Source of the DNA: an archaeon
Lineage (GTDB): Archaea > B1Sed10-29 > WALL01 > JAGHAM01
Direction: 5' to 3'
NCBI GenBank assembly: GCA_021107635.1
Contig: JAIOSL010000007.1
Coordinates: forward strand, 36,188-100,187
DNA length: 64,000 nt
Shown here: piece by piece, positions 47,304-56,017 of the stretch
Layout of the letters: each line of letters begins with the position of its first letter
How positions within the stretch are numbered: the stretch's first letter is position 1
The notes under the pieces: generated by a model
What the model saw: the letters and a program-made list of their open reading frames with translations, nothing else
What the model was told of the DNA's origin: nothing
Databases searched by the model: none
Position numbers and translations under genes: made by a program

Positions 47304-47657
47304 ATGCCAGTACTGGATGCTTCAGCAATATTGAATTCGTTTCCTTTTACTTTTGATAAAAAGTTGCGTTATTTTACTGTTCCTAGTGTTATGAACGAAT
47401 TCAAGGATTTTCGTTCAAAAGCTATTGCGGATTCTGGTTTGGAGAGGGGGCTTTTATCGGTTAGCACTCCTTCAGAGAATGCGTTGAGGAAGGTGGGTCC
47501 TCTAGCAAAAGGTTTTGGTTTAAGCCAGGCAGACGTAGACGTTTTAGCATTGGCTTTTGAGAAAAAGGAGGAGCTTTGGACTGATGATCATGGGATTCAA
47601 AAGGCAGCTAAGCGTTTAGGAGTGAGATGCAAAAGAATTATTCATCCTGAGGCGTGA
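47304..47657 (+). CDS. PIN-domain nuclease, Nob1-like (no Zn ribbon)
   Basis: VLDASA, TVPSVMNE, LSQADVDVLALA and TDDHGIQ. Confidence 0.85.
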   Translation: MPVLDASAILNSFPFTFDKKLRYFTVPSVMNEFKDFRSKAIADSGLERGLLSVSTPSENALRKVGPLAKGFGLSQADVDVLALAFEKKEELWTDDHGIQKAAKRLGVRCKRIIHPEA

Positions 47658-48432
47658 TATCTTCGTGTTCTGGTTCTCCTGCAAATGATTCTGTTACCAT
47701 CATTCCTAGTTCTTTTCTGTACCAGATTATCATTATCAAAATTATTATTGCTACGATTAGGTATACTGGGTTTGTGAGATATTTGGTTTGGAATTCTCTG
47801 ATGATGGTTTCAATAGAAAACATACTGCTTATTGTGACTTCCTTTTCGTATCTAACATGAAAAGTGTTTGAACTGAATGGTTTTTTATAATTCCAGTCTA
47901 TCTCTTGATATTTCACTCCTTCAAATTCTTCTGTCCTGCTGTAATATGGTTCTGGTTGTAACGAATTTATTGAGTATTTTGCAGGTATTAGAATTTTTAA
48001 GTCTGTAGGAATCTCATATGGGAAAGTAAATTTCGTTCCATCCCAAAAAGAAAACTTGTTGCCTGGTATCTCCCTAATCTGTTTTTTCCCTTTTTCTTCA
48101 ACAAGTACACTTAACATTTCAGCAGTGTAACTTATTTTCAAATCCGCAAAATCTGATTCTCCTAATGGAGGCTGCCCGTCTTCATTAGATATGTCTTCGA
48201 CAATCGCTCTATTCAATCCATATTGAGAAAGTAAAGAAGTGTCAATTGTTGGTTGTCCAAAAATTTCTTTCAAACCTGTTTTTTCTTCAGGAGTTTCAAA
48301 TTTTAGTCGAAAGATTTCTTCTACGTAAGCAGAATCATTCTCTAATATTCTTATCTGAATGTCATGTCCATAAACTTGTAGTGCTGACGCAGTTGACAAT
48401 AACAAAAGTAATACGATGGGCCAGGATTTCAT
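47638..48432 (-). CDS. Hypothetical secreted, C-terminally anchored protein
   Basis: Signal peptide MKSWPIVLLLLLSTASA; C-terminal TM helix. Confidence 0.75.
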   Translation of the reverse strand: MKSWPIVLLLLLSTASALQVYGHDIQIRILENDSAYVEEIFRLKFETPEEKTGLKEIFGQPTIDTSLLSQYGLNRAIVEDISNEDGQPPLGESDFADLKISYTAEMLSVLVEEKGKKQIREIPGNKFSFWDGTKFTFPYEIPTDLKILIPAKYSINSLQPEPYYSRTEEFEGVKYQEIDWNYKKPFSSNTFHVRYEKEVTISSMFSIETIIREFQTKYLTNPVYLIVAIIILIMIIWYRKELGMMVTESFAGEPEHEDITPQDE

Positions 48433-48474
48433 AATGTACAACTAATAGTTTTTAGTATAAAAATGCTTTTGTGT

Positions 48475-49374
48475 TCAAAGCTCTATTCTCTCAAAATCTC
48501 TTGCAATCAACACGTTCTCAAACACTTTTTGAGCATCTTGCCTAAGCTTGTCAAGCTGACTATCTTTGTATCTGGCAGAATAATGCGTGAGTACGAGCAG
48601 CTTGACGTTTGCATCTCTTGCTATCTCTGCTGCTTGTTTGGCTGTGGAATGTTGGCTTTCTTTTGCAAGGCCTGCTGCATCGCTAGCAAATGTTGCATCA
48701 TGAATAAGAACATCCGCATTTTTGGCGTGTTCAATTGTTGTATCTAATGGCATTGTGTCAGTAGCATATACTACTTTAATTCCTTTTTCTTCAGTAACAA
48801 ACTCTTCTGGTTTTAATGTTTTACCGTTGTGCTTGACAGACTTTCCTGCTTTCAGGTCTTTGCAAAGCGGTCCAGGTTTAATCCCTAGTCCATTAAGCTT
48901 TTTTTCATCCAAGTGTTTGCGAGTTTTTTCTTCAAACACGTAGCCCACAGTAACAGTAGAATGTTTCAAAGGAAATGCTTCGACAGTATAATTTTCTGTT
49001 TCAAGTACAATGCCCTTAGCCTCTATGTAAGGTGTCTTAAAACGCACGTCACATCCTTCTATCTGGCGAACCAACTTGAGGTATGTCTTTATTGTTTTAG
49101 GACCATAGATGTACATTGGTTCCATCTTTTCTTGAAAATCAGTGCTTTGTAACAGTCCAGGCAGGCCAAGCACGTGATCTCCATGATTATGAGTGAAAAA
49201 AATATGCCCTATTTTCATTGGACTCTTTCCAGCTAACATCATCTGTCTCTGCGCGCCTTCTCCACAATCAAACAAAAACCTGTCTTTGCCATAACGCAGG
49301 AATACTGCGGAGTGGTTCCTATCCTTAGTTGGTACAGCTGAGCTTGTTCCAAGAAACACTATTTCTGCTCTCAT
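48475..49374 (-). CDS. rnz: Ribonuclease Z
   Basis: LGTSSAVP, DCGEG, THNHGDH, exosite GIKPGP, QHST and LTHYSARY. Confidence 0.95.
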   Translation of the reverse strand: MRAEIVFLGTSSAVPTKDRNHSAVFLRYGKDRFLFDCGEGAQRQMMLAGKSPMKIGHIFFTHNHGDHVLGLPGLLQSTDFQEKMEPMYIYGPKTIKTYLKLVRQIEGCDVRFKTPYIEAKGIVLETENYTVEAFPLKHSTVTVGYVFEEKTRKHLDEKKLNGLGIKPGPLCKDLKAGKSVKHNGKTLKPEEFVTEEKGIKVVYATDTMPLDTTIEHAKNADVLIHDATFASDAAGLAKESQHSTAKQAAEIARDANVKLLVLTHYSARYKDSQLDKLRQDAQKVFENVLIARDFERIEL

Positions 49375-49421
49375 CGGCTATGTTTTTATTCCACGAGCTT
49401 TTAATGGTAGCCGGTGGTATC

Positions 49422-50699
49422 ATGTTAAAAAAAGAGTGGCTTGCTAAAAAAATCGTAAACTACTCTATGCACATCGGCCAAAAGTCTAATCCAACATATG
49501 AAAAACTCAAGAAAAAACATAGGGTTCTCTCAAAAGATTCTGTTAAACGCGTTTCGAAGAAAGATAAGAAACTGTTCGAAAAGTGGCAAGATATTGATTA
49601 TGGTCCTCTAGTCATCAAAAAAGGAAAAAAATACGAGTTCAAGAAAAAAATAGGCCACACAGTGCTAATCTCTTACAATCCTTCCACCAAAAAACTTGCT
49701 CAAGCAGTTGAACGAGAATGCTGGAAGAACGGAGCACATACTTTTTCGCAGGAAACTGAAACAGCAAGAATCAAAGACAGCTACTTGTACAAGCCAACAG
49801 ATTCACTCAGAGAACTAGATGGAACCAAAAGAGCACTATTTTCAAACATGGACTATTACATCAACCTAGAATCTATCGAAAACATAATGTGGAAAAAAGG
49901 AGTTCCTCCAGCAAAACTTTCGGCTTCAGCTCCAGTAAACCAAAGAATAAGCCAGATAAGAGACAAAAGCAAGGAACGCTGGCTTCTAGTAGGATGGCCT
50001 CATGCTGATACAGCAAAAGAACTAGGTATCGGCTTGAGCAAATTCAGGCAGATAGTATTTCATTCAATAGAAGAATCATTCAAAAAACACACTTTTGACT
50101 TAGTTTGGGATTACGTTAGGCTTTTAGAAGGCAAGAAAGAAGTGCGCATAGAAAGCAAAGAAGGTACAGACCTAACTTTTTCCATAAAAGGCAGGAAAAT
50201 ACTAGCAGATGATGGTTTCCTAAGCGAGCGCGACATCGCAAATGGAGACGTAGGAATGAACATCCCCTGTGGAGAAGCATTCTGCGCGCCAGTAGAAACA
50301 AGCGCTGATGGTACATATATTGTTCCAAGAAATATTATTCGAGGCTATGGTATAGCTGAAGGAATCAAACTAAAGTTTTCTAAAGGCAGAGTAGTCGATT
50401 ACTCTGCTAGAAAGCATGAAGACTACTTAAACAAGTTTTTCAAAGAAAATACTGGCGATTATGATAGAATAGCAGAACTTGGAATCGGCTGTAATCGTGG
50501 TGCTGAGTTCACTAATGGTTATATTATTGTTGATGAAAAAATTCTGGGCACTCTCCACGTGGCTATCGGCTGGAACATCGGGTTCGGAGGAAAAAACGAT
50601 GCATCTTCACACCTAGATTTCATAAAGCCAATGCAACACGGACAACTTTTTGTTGACAACAAGCTGATAATGGACAAAGGCAAGATAGTCAAACGATAA
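49422..50699 (+). CDS. M29-family (thermophilic) metallo-aminopeptidase
   Basis: NIPCGEAFCAP, AELGIG, DEKILGTLHVAIG and SSHLD; start reset to ATG 49422 (GGTGG RBS). Confidence 0.9.
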   Translation: MLKKEWLAKKIVNYSMHIGQKSNPTYEKLKKKHRVLSKDSVKRVSKKDKKLFEKWQDIDYGPLVIKKGKKYEFKKKIGHTVLISYNPSTKKLAQAVERECWKNGAHTFSQETETARIKDSYLYKPTDSLRELDGTKRALFSNMDYYINLESIENIMWKKGVPPAKLSASAPVNQRISQIRDKSKERWLLVGWPHADTAKELGIGLSKFRQIVFHSIEESFKKHTFDLVWDYVRLLEGKKEVRIESKEGTDLTFSIKGRKILADDGFLSERDIANGDVGMNIPCGEAFCAPVETSADGTYIVPRNIIRGYGIAEGIKLKFSKGRVVDYSARKHEDYLNKFFKENTGDYDRIAELGIGCNRGAEFTNGYIIVDEKILGTLHVAIGWNIGFGGKNDASSHLDFIKPMQHGQLFVDNKLIMDKGKIVKR

Positions 50700-50727
50700 T
50701 ATAAACTACAAACGAGAAATAAGAACG

Positions 50728-52077
50728 ATGCTAGAAACACTAGAAAAAGCCATAAATAAGTCAACCGCAGACTTCATAGAAACCAGGCTAGTCGAATCTA
50801 ATTCAACAAGGATCAACATCAGAAACGATGAAATTAACCTAACCACTTCCGGCTACCTAATCGAATTCGGAGTGCGCGTGTTAGTGAAAGGCTCATGGGG
50901 TTTTGCTTCAGCTAATGATCCTACTGAACTATCTAACTGTATTAAAAGCGCAGAAAAACTTGCAAGAACATCCGCTAAACATTCCATAGAAGCTAAACTT
51001 GCGGAAGCACCCGTAAGCATTGAGCACATTAATGTCAAAGTAAAGAAGGATCCTCGTGACATTAGCTTAGAAGATAAAGCCAATCGTTGTTTAGAACTCT
51101 CTAAACGAGGATTTAATCAAGAAAAAGTTCAAGCAGCAGATTTAATTTACATGGACTCACAAAGCAATTGGTACTACTTAAACAGTGAAGGAACTAAACT
51201 AGAATATACACCCACAGCATCCTTTTTCATGTTTAATGCTTTTGTTAAAGACCAGCAACTAATGAGTTTCAGCGACCAGCAAGGAGGCAAATATGGTTTC
51301 GAGCTGTTAGACAATAAAGAATTTTTTGTGGACAACGTCTGTGAAGACGCACTCTTACTGCTCCACTCAAAACTTCCACCTAAAGGCAAAACACAAGTAA
51401 TAATAGATCCAGAAATGGCCGGTACTCTAGCACATGAAGCGGTTGGACACGCGCTGGAAGCAGACACAATAATCAACAAAAATTCGATTGTTAACCGGAT
51501 AGGCCAAAAAATAGGTTCTAGAATAGTAAACATTACTGACGACCCGACAATACCAAAAGAATTTGGTTCATATCCTTTTGATTCAGAAGGCACTCCAGGA
51601 TTGAAAACAGTGCTTGTTGAAAACGGCAGGGTTAAAAACTTCCTACAATCCAGAGAAACTGCGTTCAAAACAGACAAACAAGTCACTGGCAATGCCAGAA
51701 GCCAAGGACCTTCAGAATTTCCGCTTGTCCGAATGAGCAACACTTTTTTTGAACGAGGAGACCAAAGCTTTGAAGAACTCCTAGAAGGCGTCAATGGAGT
51801 ATACGTCAGAGGTTTCAAAGGAGGAGTAGTAGACACTGACACTGGTTTCTTCCAGTTCGCATGCCCTCACGGAAACATCATTAAAGACGGTGAACTCACA
51901 GAGCCATTACGAGATATTACAATACTTGGAAACATAATTGAAACACTAAGGCATGTGAATGCTATAGGCAACGATCTCCAAACAGGTTTTCCTGGAATGT
52001 GCGGAAAAGCCGGCCAGGGTGTGCCCGTGGGAGGAGGCGGACCACACATACGCATAAAAGAGGTGCTCATAGGATGA
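50728..52077 (+). CDS. tldD: TldD metalloprotease subunit
   Basis: HEAVGH, FDSEG, TGNAR, RMSNT and CGKAGQ. Confidence 0.93.
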   Translation: MLETLEKAINKSTADFIETRLVESNSTRINIRNDEINLTTSGYLIEFGVRVLVKGSWGFASANDPTELSNCIKSAEKLARTSAKHSIEAKLAEAPVSIEHINVKVKKDPRDISLEDKANRCLELSKRGFNQEKVQAADLIYMDSQSNWYYLNSEGTKLEYTPTASFFMFNAFVKDQQLMSFSDQQGGKYGFELLDNKEFFVDNVCEDALLLLHSKLPPKGKTQVIIDPEMAGTLAHEAVGHALEADTIINKNSIVNRIGQKIGSRIVNITDDPTIPKEFGSYPFDSEGTPGLKTVLVENGRVKNFLQSRETAFKTDKQVTGNARSQGPSEFPLVRMSNTFFERGDQSFEELLEGVNGVYVRGFKGGVVDTDTGFFQFACPHGNIIKDGELTEPLRDITILGNIIETLRHVNAIGNDLQTGFPGMCGKAGQGVPVGGGGPHIRIKEVLIG

Positions 52078-53294
52078 TAGAAACATTTGAAACTTCTGTG
52101 CACGCTATAACTGCAAGAAGCAGCAGAGACCGTATTGAAGTATGCAAATCATCTAGAGCACACGGTTTTGGAGTAAGAGTAATCAAAGATGGCGCGATAG
52201 GTTTTTCATTCTATTCCAAAGAAAGTGAAAAAGAACACGCCATAAAACGGGCAATGCAAAGTGCGTCATTATCTCCAAAAGAACATTATGCCCTTCCCCA
52301 ACCACTCAAGCCAACCAAAGTTAAACAATATGATTCTGAACTAGCACACATGGAAGAAGAAGGAGTAATAGAACTTTTAATCGATACCATTAACGGAGCT
52401 TCTGAAGAAGCAGAACCATCCAAAGGTGAAGTATCAGTAGGCATAGCAACCACTCACGTCTCAAACTCTAATGGAATCGATGTCTCACAAAAAGACACAA
52501 TACTCTCTGCTTACGTTTCTGCAAAAAAGGAAGAAGCTATCGGCTACGAATACTTTGCAAAGAAAAAAATTGAACAGGATTTAACTCCTCTAGGTAAAGA
52601 AGCAGGACACTGGGCATCACATTCAGCTGGAGGAAAACCAATTAACTTTCAAGGCCAAATAATTATTTCAGTAGAAACAATATCTAATTTCTTCGAAACT
52701 TGTGTTCTGCGCAACTTGAACGGAGAAAACCTAAGGAGAAAAAAATCACTTTGGAAACAAGACGATGTAGTAATGCACCCAAATTTTTCCCTGAAAGAAG
52801 ATCCCACAATCCCATGGACTGCAGGAGCGGTTTCAACAGATGATGAAGGACTGCCCACCCAGAAAAAAACACTGATAGAACACGGAATCGTCAAAAAAAT
52901 TTTGTATGACACGCGCACAGCTAACCTTGTTGCAACAAAAAGCACAGGAAATGGCTTTCGTGCTGGTTTTAATACAGTTCCACTGATTACTTCCACAAAT
53001 CTAATTCTATCAACAGATAAACCAACGGACATTTTTGATGTTAAAAAAGGTGTATACGTGAAAGAACTAATGGGATTCCATAACATGAATCCAATAACCG
53101 GAGATTTTTCACTCGATATTGTACAAGGATTCACAGTTAAAAATGGAGAGCTAGACAGGCCAATCAAAGGCTGCATGCTAGTAGGAAACTTTTTAGACGC
53201 ACTGAAAACAGCAAGGCTAGGCAAACAAGAGCAAGGCAAAACTTACTTTTTTTCACCAGAAATGCAGTTTGACGGAAAAGTGATACACAAATGA
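52074..53294 (+). CDS. pmbA: TldE/PmbA subunit
   Basis: GFGVRVI, DDEG, STGNG and NPITGDFS; lacks HExxxH; ATGA-coupled start at 52074. Confidence 0.9.
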   Translation: MIETFETSVHAITARSSRDRIEVCKSSRAHGFGVRVIKDGAIGFSFYSKESEKEHAIKRAMQSASLSPKEHYALPQPLKPTKVKQYDSELAHMEEEGVIELLIDTINGASEEAEPSKGEVSVGIATTHVSNSNGIDVSQKDTILSAYVSAKKEEAIGYEYFAKKKIEQDLTPLGKEAGHWASHSAGGKPINFQGQIIISVETISNFFETCVLRNLNGENLRRKKSLWKQDDVVMHPNFSLKEDPTIPWTAGAVSTDDEGLPTQKKTLIEHGIVKKILYDTRTANLVATKSTGNGFRAGFNTVPLITSTNLILSTDKPTDIFDVKKGVYVKELMGFHNMNPITGDFSLDIVQGFTVKNGELDRPIKGCMLVGNFLDALKTARLGKQEQGKTYFFSPEMQFDGKVIHK

Positions 53295-54451
53295 GCAAAC
53301 TAAAAATTGCCATACTCTCAGTCTTTTTTGGAATGATGGGTTGGAACATGGCTGAAAAATTCCTTTCAATCTACCTTAACGGAGCTCCAATCTACTTTGA
53401 CGAATGGTCTATTAGCATGCTCATAGCAGTGATATACTCTGCTTTCGCAGTTTCCAGCATATTTTCTGGAATGGTGGTTCAAAAATATGGTTCAAAAAAA
53501 TGCATGAGTGTAGGCCTCCTCGCTTATTCCTCATTAGCATTTTCGTTAGGGTTTGCTCCACAACTTCCAAACCTTTTCCTACTCCTAATTTTATGTTCTA
53601 TACTTGTTGGTATTGGTGGAAGCCTATTTTGGACTGGATTTTGGACGTTTGTTCTGAAAAATTCAAAAGAACGAGGCAAAACCACTGGAATGATGCAAGG
53701 AGTCTCTTTGTTCGGTTCATCCATTGCAGTGCTGATTGGTGGTCTGCTTTACTTTTATGTATGGCACGGAAATTTTGAGAATATTTTTCTGCTAGGAGGG
53801 GGTCTCCTGCTACTGTCAGCTATCTTCTCTCTATTTCTCAAAGAAAACAAATCAAACAAACTAGTATCCTGGAAAGATCAGAAAGAATGTTTCAAAGACA
53901 AACGGCTTCTTTCTCTAGGGCTAGTACAACTGTTTTGCAGCACTTTTACCGGACTTACGCTCTCCATACTTCCAATAGTAATAAAGAATCTTCCCCGGAT
54001 CATACAATCTCCTCAAGGAGAAGTGCTTGAAGTAGCAATCATAACTTTTGTACTTTATTCACTTGGAATATTCACTGCAATATTCACCGGAAAACTAAGT
54101 GACAAAAAAGGAAGAAAACCCATTTTTTACTCTATTCTACTAGCCGGATTTTTTTCTTCGTTATTCATAGCATTAAGTACTCAAGTCTGGATGATACTCA
54201 TAGGAATATTAATTTATGGACCTTTCCTATGGCTAGTAATCAACATGGTAGTAGCATCAGTAGGAGATCTCTACCAAGACAACCAAAGCCTTGCTCTCGT
54301 TGTAACTGGATTCCTAGGCACGCTTGGAGTAGCTTTAGGTGCATTAATCGGAGCTTTTGCTTCCATGCAGAGTCTACAATTACCTTTCTTTATTGTTGGA
54401 TTATTATACCTAATTTGTATTCCAATAGTTCGAAAACTTCCCATCAAGTAA
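53291..54451 (+). CDS. MFS transporter
   Basis: About 12 TM helices; GKLSDKKGRK motif A in the second half. Confidence 0.92.
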   Translation: MSKLKIAILSVFFGMMGWNMAEKFLSIYLNGAPIYFDEWSISMLIAVIYSAFAVSSIFSGMVVQKYGSKKCMSVGLLAYSSLAFSLGFAPQLPNLFLLLILCSILVGIGGSLFWTGFWTFVLKNSKERGKTTGMMQGVSLFGSSIAVLIGGLLYFYVWHGNFENIFLLGGGLLLLSAIFSLFLKENKSNKLVSWKDQKECFKDKRLLSLGLVQLFCSTFTGLTLSILPIVIKNLPRIIQSPQGEVLEVAIITFVLYSLGIFTAIFTGKLSDKKGRKPIFYSILLAGFFSSLFIALSTQVWMILIGILIYGPFLWLVINMVVASVGDLYQDNQSLALVVTGFLGTLGVALGALIGAFASMQSLQLPFFIVGLLYLICIPIVRKLPIK

Positions 54452-54467
54452 TCAGTCAAAAAAAAGA

Positions 54468-54484
54468 CGCAAAATCTTTAAATA
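54468..54484 (+). promoter_or_regulatory. BRE + TATA box
   Basis: CGCAAAAT-CTTTAAATA about 40 nt upstream of ATG 54526. Confidence 0.5.
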
Positions 54485-54525
54485 TACTCACGCATTAAAA
54501 GTACTTATCATTGGTGGCAAACATA

Positions 54526-54615
54526 ATGAGTGAACGAAACGCGAATATCAAAGCCTATAGACAGTTCACATGGATATTTGCAGATCTGATCCAAACCGCC
54601 TTCATGTGCCATTAA
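54526..54615 (+). CDS. Putative 29-aa leader peptide
   Basis: Hand translation MSERNANIKAYRQFTWIFADLIQTAFMCH*; GGTGG at 54513-54517; overlaps the start of the wHTH ORF. Confidence 0.4.
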   Translation: MSERNANIKAYRQFTWIFADLIQTAFMCH

Positions 54616-54923
54616 CTCAAGAGGTCGTTCTCACTCGTGATGCCATCAAAGCCGTTCGCGTTCTTCTTGACCTCAAACTCACAGGCAACCAACAACTCGT
54701 TCTGTCTCGGTTAAAGGATTATCCAGAAACTACAATGACTTCCCTAGTCTTATCCTTATCCGGAGAACTTGAGTTAAGTGAGCCTACTGTAAGACGAACG
54801 GTTCAGTTATGTCGCTTGCTGGGCTTAATCGCCTGCGGTGACAAAAAGTCTAAAGGCATTCATGTCAAACTGACTCCACTCGGCCAGAAAATCTTAGGAA
54901 ATGGAGGTGATACACTAAGCTAG
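54570..54923 (+). CDS. Winged-helix DNA-binding protein (start may be GTG 54606)
   Basis: LTGNQQLVL...TSLVLSLSGELELSEPTVRRTVQLCRLLGLI...VKLTPLG. Confidence 0.8.
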   Translation: MDICRSDPNRLHVPLTQEVVLTRDAIKAVRVLLDLKLTGNQQLVLSRLKDYPETTMTSLVLSLSGELELSEPTVRRTVQLCRLLGLIACGDKKSKGIHVKLTPLGQKILGNGGDTLS

Positions 54924-54948
54924 TAATCTAGTTTCACTGAAATGAAGA

Positions 54949-54969
54949 CCCGCCCCTTCAAGGGGCGGG
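54949..54969. other. Perfect GC-rich hairpin CCCGCCCC-TTCAA-GGGGCGGG
   Basis: 8-bp perfect stem between convergent genes in an AT-rich background; function unresolved. Confidence 0.8.
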
Positions 54970-54979
54970 CACAGAATCG

Positions 54980-55984
54980 TCACTTACTTTTAACAAATTT
55001 AGGAAGCTTAAAGCCATTAAGCCAGCTATACACTTCATGCCCAGTAAAATAACTGCCCAAGAAAATATTCAGCCAGAAAAATAGAGTCCTATAAATGATA
55101 ACAGCAGAAAGCACTTTCGAAGGTTCAAAAACAATAACAGACAATGCAGCAGATATGCTAAGTAACAGTGCACTCATACTAATCTCACTCACTCCAACCC
55201 CACCAGGAACAAGCGTGAACAAAGTCAAAATCCTACTTCCCATGAATGCAATCAAAACAATCAAAAAAATTTCAGGACTAAAAACAAATCCTACCAGTGT
55301 ATCCAAAGTAAAACCTCTAAGCAAAACGTAAATAACACTAGCCTCTACCAACAAAGAAAGTACTATCACACTAATAACCTGAAAAAGCATACTTTTCCTC
55401 TTAGAAGTTAAAGAAATAATGCCATCCATAATGTTATCTAAAACCGTGACATGACCCAAAGAGAGCTTTAAAATATCATTCATTATTGTTCTTCTTAACT
55501 TCCATGCTAAGCCAACAAAAATAAATAAAGCCAACAATGCGCCAATCAAATACATTAAAGTGTCATTGAACAGGCCACCCATCCAGAGAGTAGCTCCAAA
55601 GAAAATTACAACTTGACAGAGAAAAGAAGTAGAAGACTCTAAGAAAACTATCGGAAGATAATCTGTGGCTTTTCCTCCAAACTTACACTTCAAATAATAA
55701 GCAGTCGCAAGTTCTGCACTAGGCGTTAATTGTGGCGTAACAGTATCAGTGAAAGCAGCTATGAACGTTCCTTTAAACAAAGTCTTGTATTCATGCTTAA
55801 GACCTGCTGCCTTGTTCAATACTTTCCAATTCCAAGCCCATAAAACGTGAATGACAAAAAGAGCAACCAAAGCATATAAGATTTCTAACGGTCCTGCATC
55901 AAAAGTCAAATCCAAATGACTAAACGCAAAAGCTACAGCCAAAATCCATACCAAAAACACAAGGCCCAGCGTTTGTTTTTTCAT
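54980..55984 (-). CDS. Lysylphosphatidylglycerol-synthase TM domain (UPF0104 / flippase-like) protein
   Basis: FTDTVTP, VPGGVGVSE and AVIIYRTLFFW. Confidence 0.88.
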   Translation of the reverse strand: MKKQTLGLVFLVWILAVAFAFSHLDLTFDAGPLEILYALVALFVIHVLWAWNWKVLNKAAGLKHEYKTLFKGTFIAAFTDTVTPQLTPSAELATAYYLKCKFGGKATDYLPIVFLESSTSFLCQVVIFFGATLWMGGLFNDTLMYLIGALLALFIFVGLAWKLRRTIMNDILKLSLGHVTVLDNIMDGIISLTSKRKSMLFQVISVIVLSLLVEASVIYVLLRGFTLDTLVGFVFSPEIFLIVLIAFMGSRILTLFTLVPGGVGVSEISMSALLLSISAALSVIVFEPSKVLSAVIIYRTLFFWLNIFLGSYFTGHEVYSWLNGFKLPKFVKSK

Positions 55985-56017
55985 CAAAAGCAATTACAAC
56001 AATCACTCTTTTATACC

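Noticed and set aside
51174-53239. 222-aa and 196-aa minus-strand ORFs
   Set aside because: Antisense shadows of tldD and pmbA.
54917-54990. Functional tRNA-Sec or opal suppressor tRNA
   Set aside because: No T-arm, 3' acceptor strand or long variable arm; TGA is used as a normal stop in many genes here and no sel genes are in the window. Kept only as a tRNA-like remnant.
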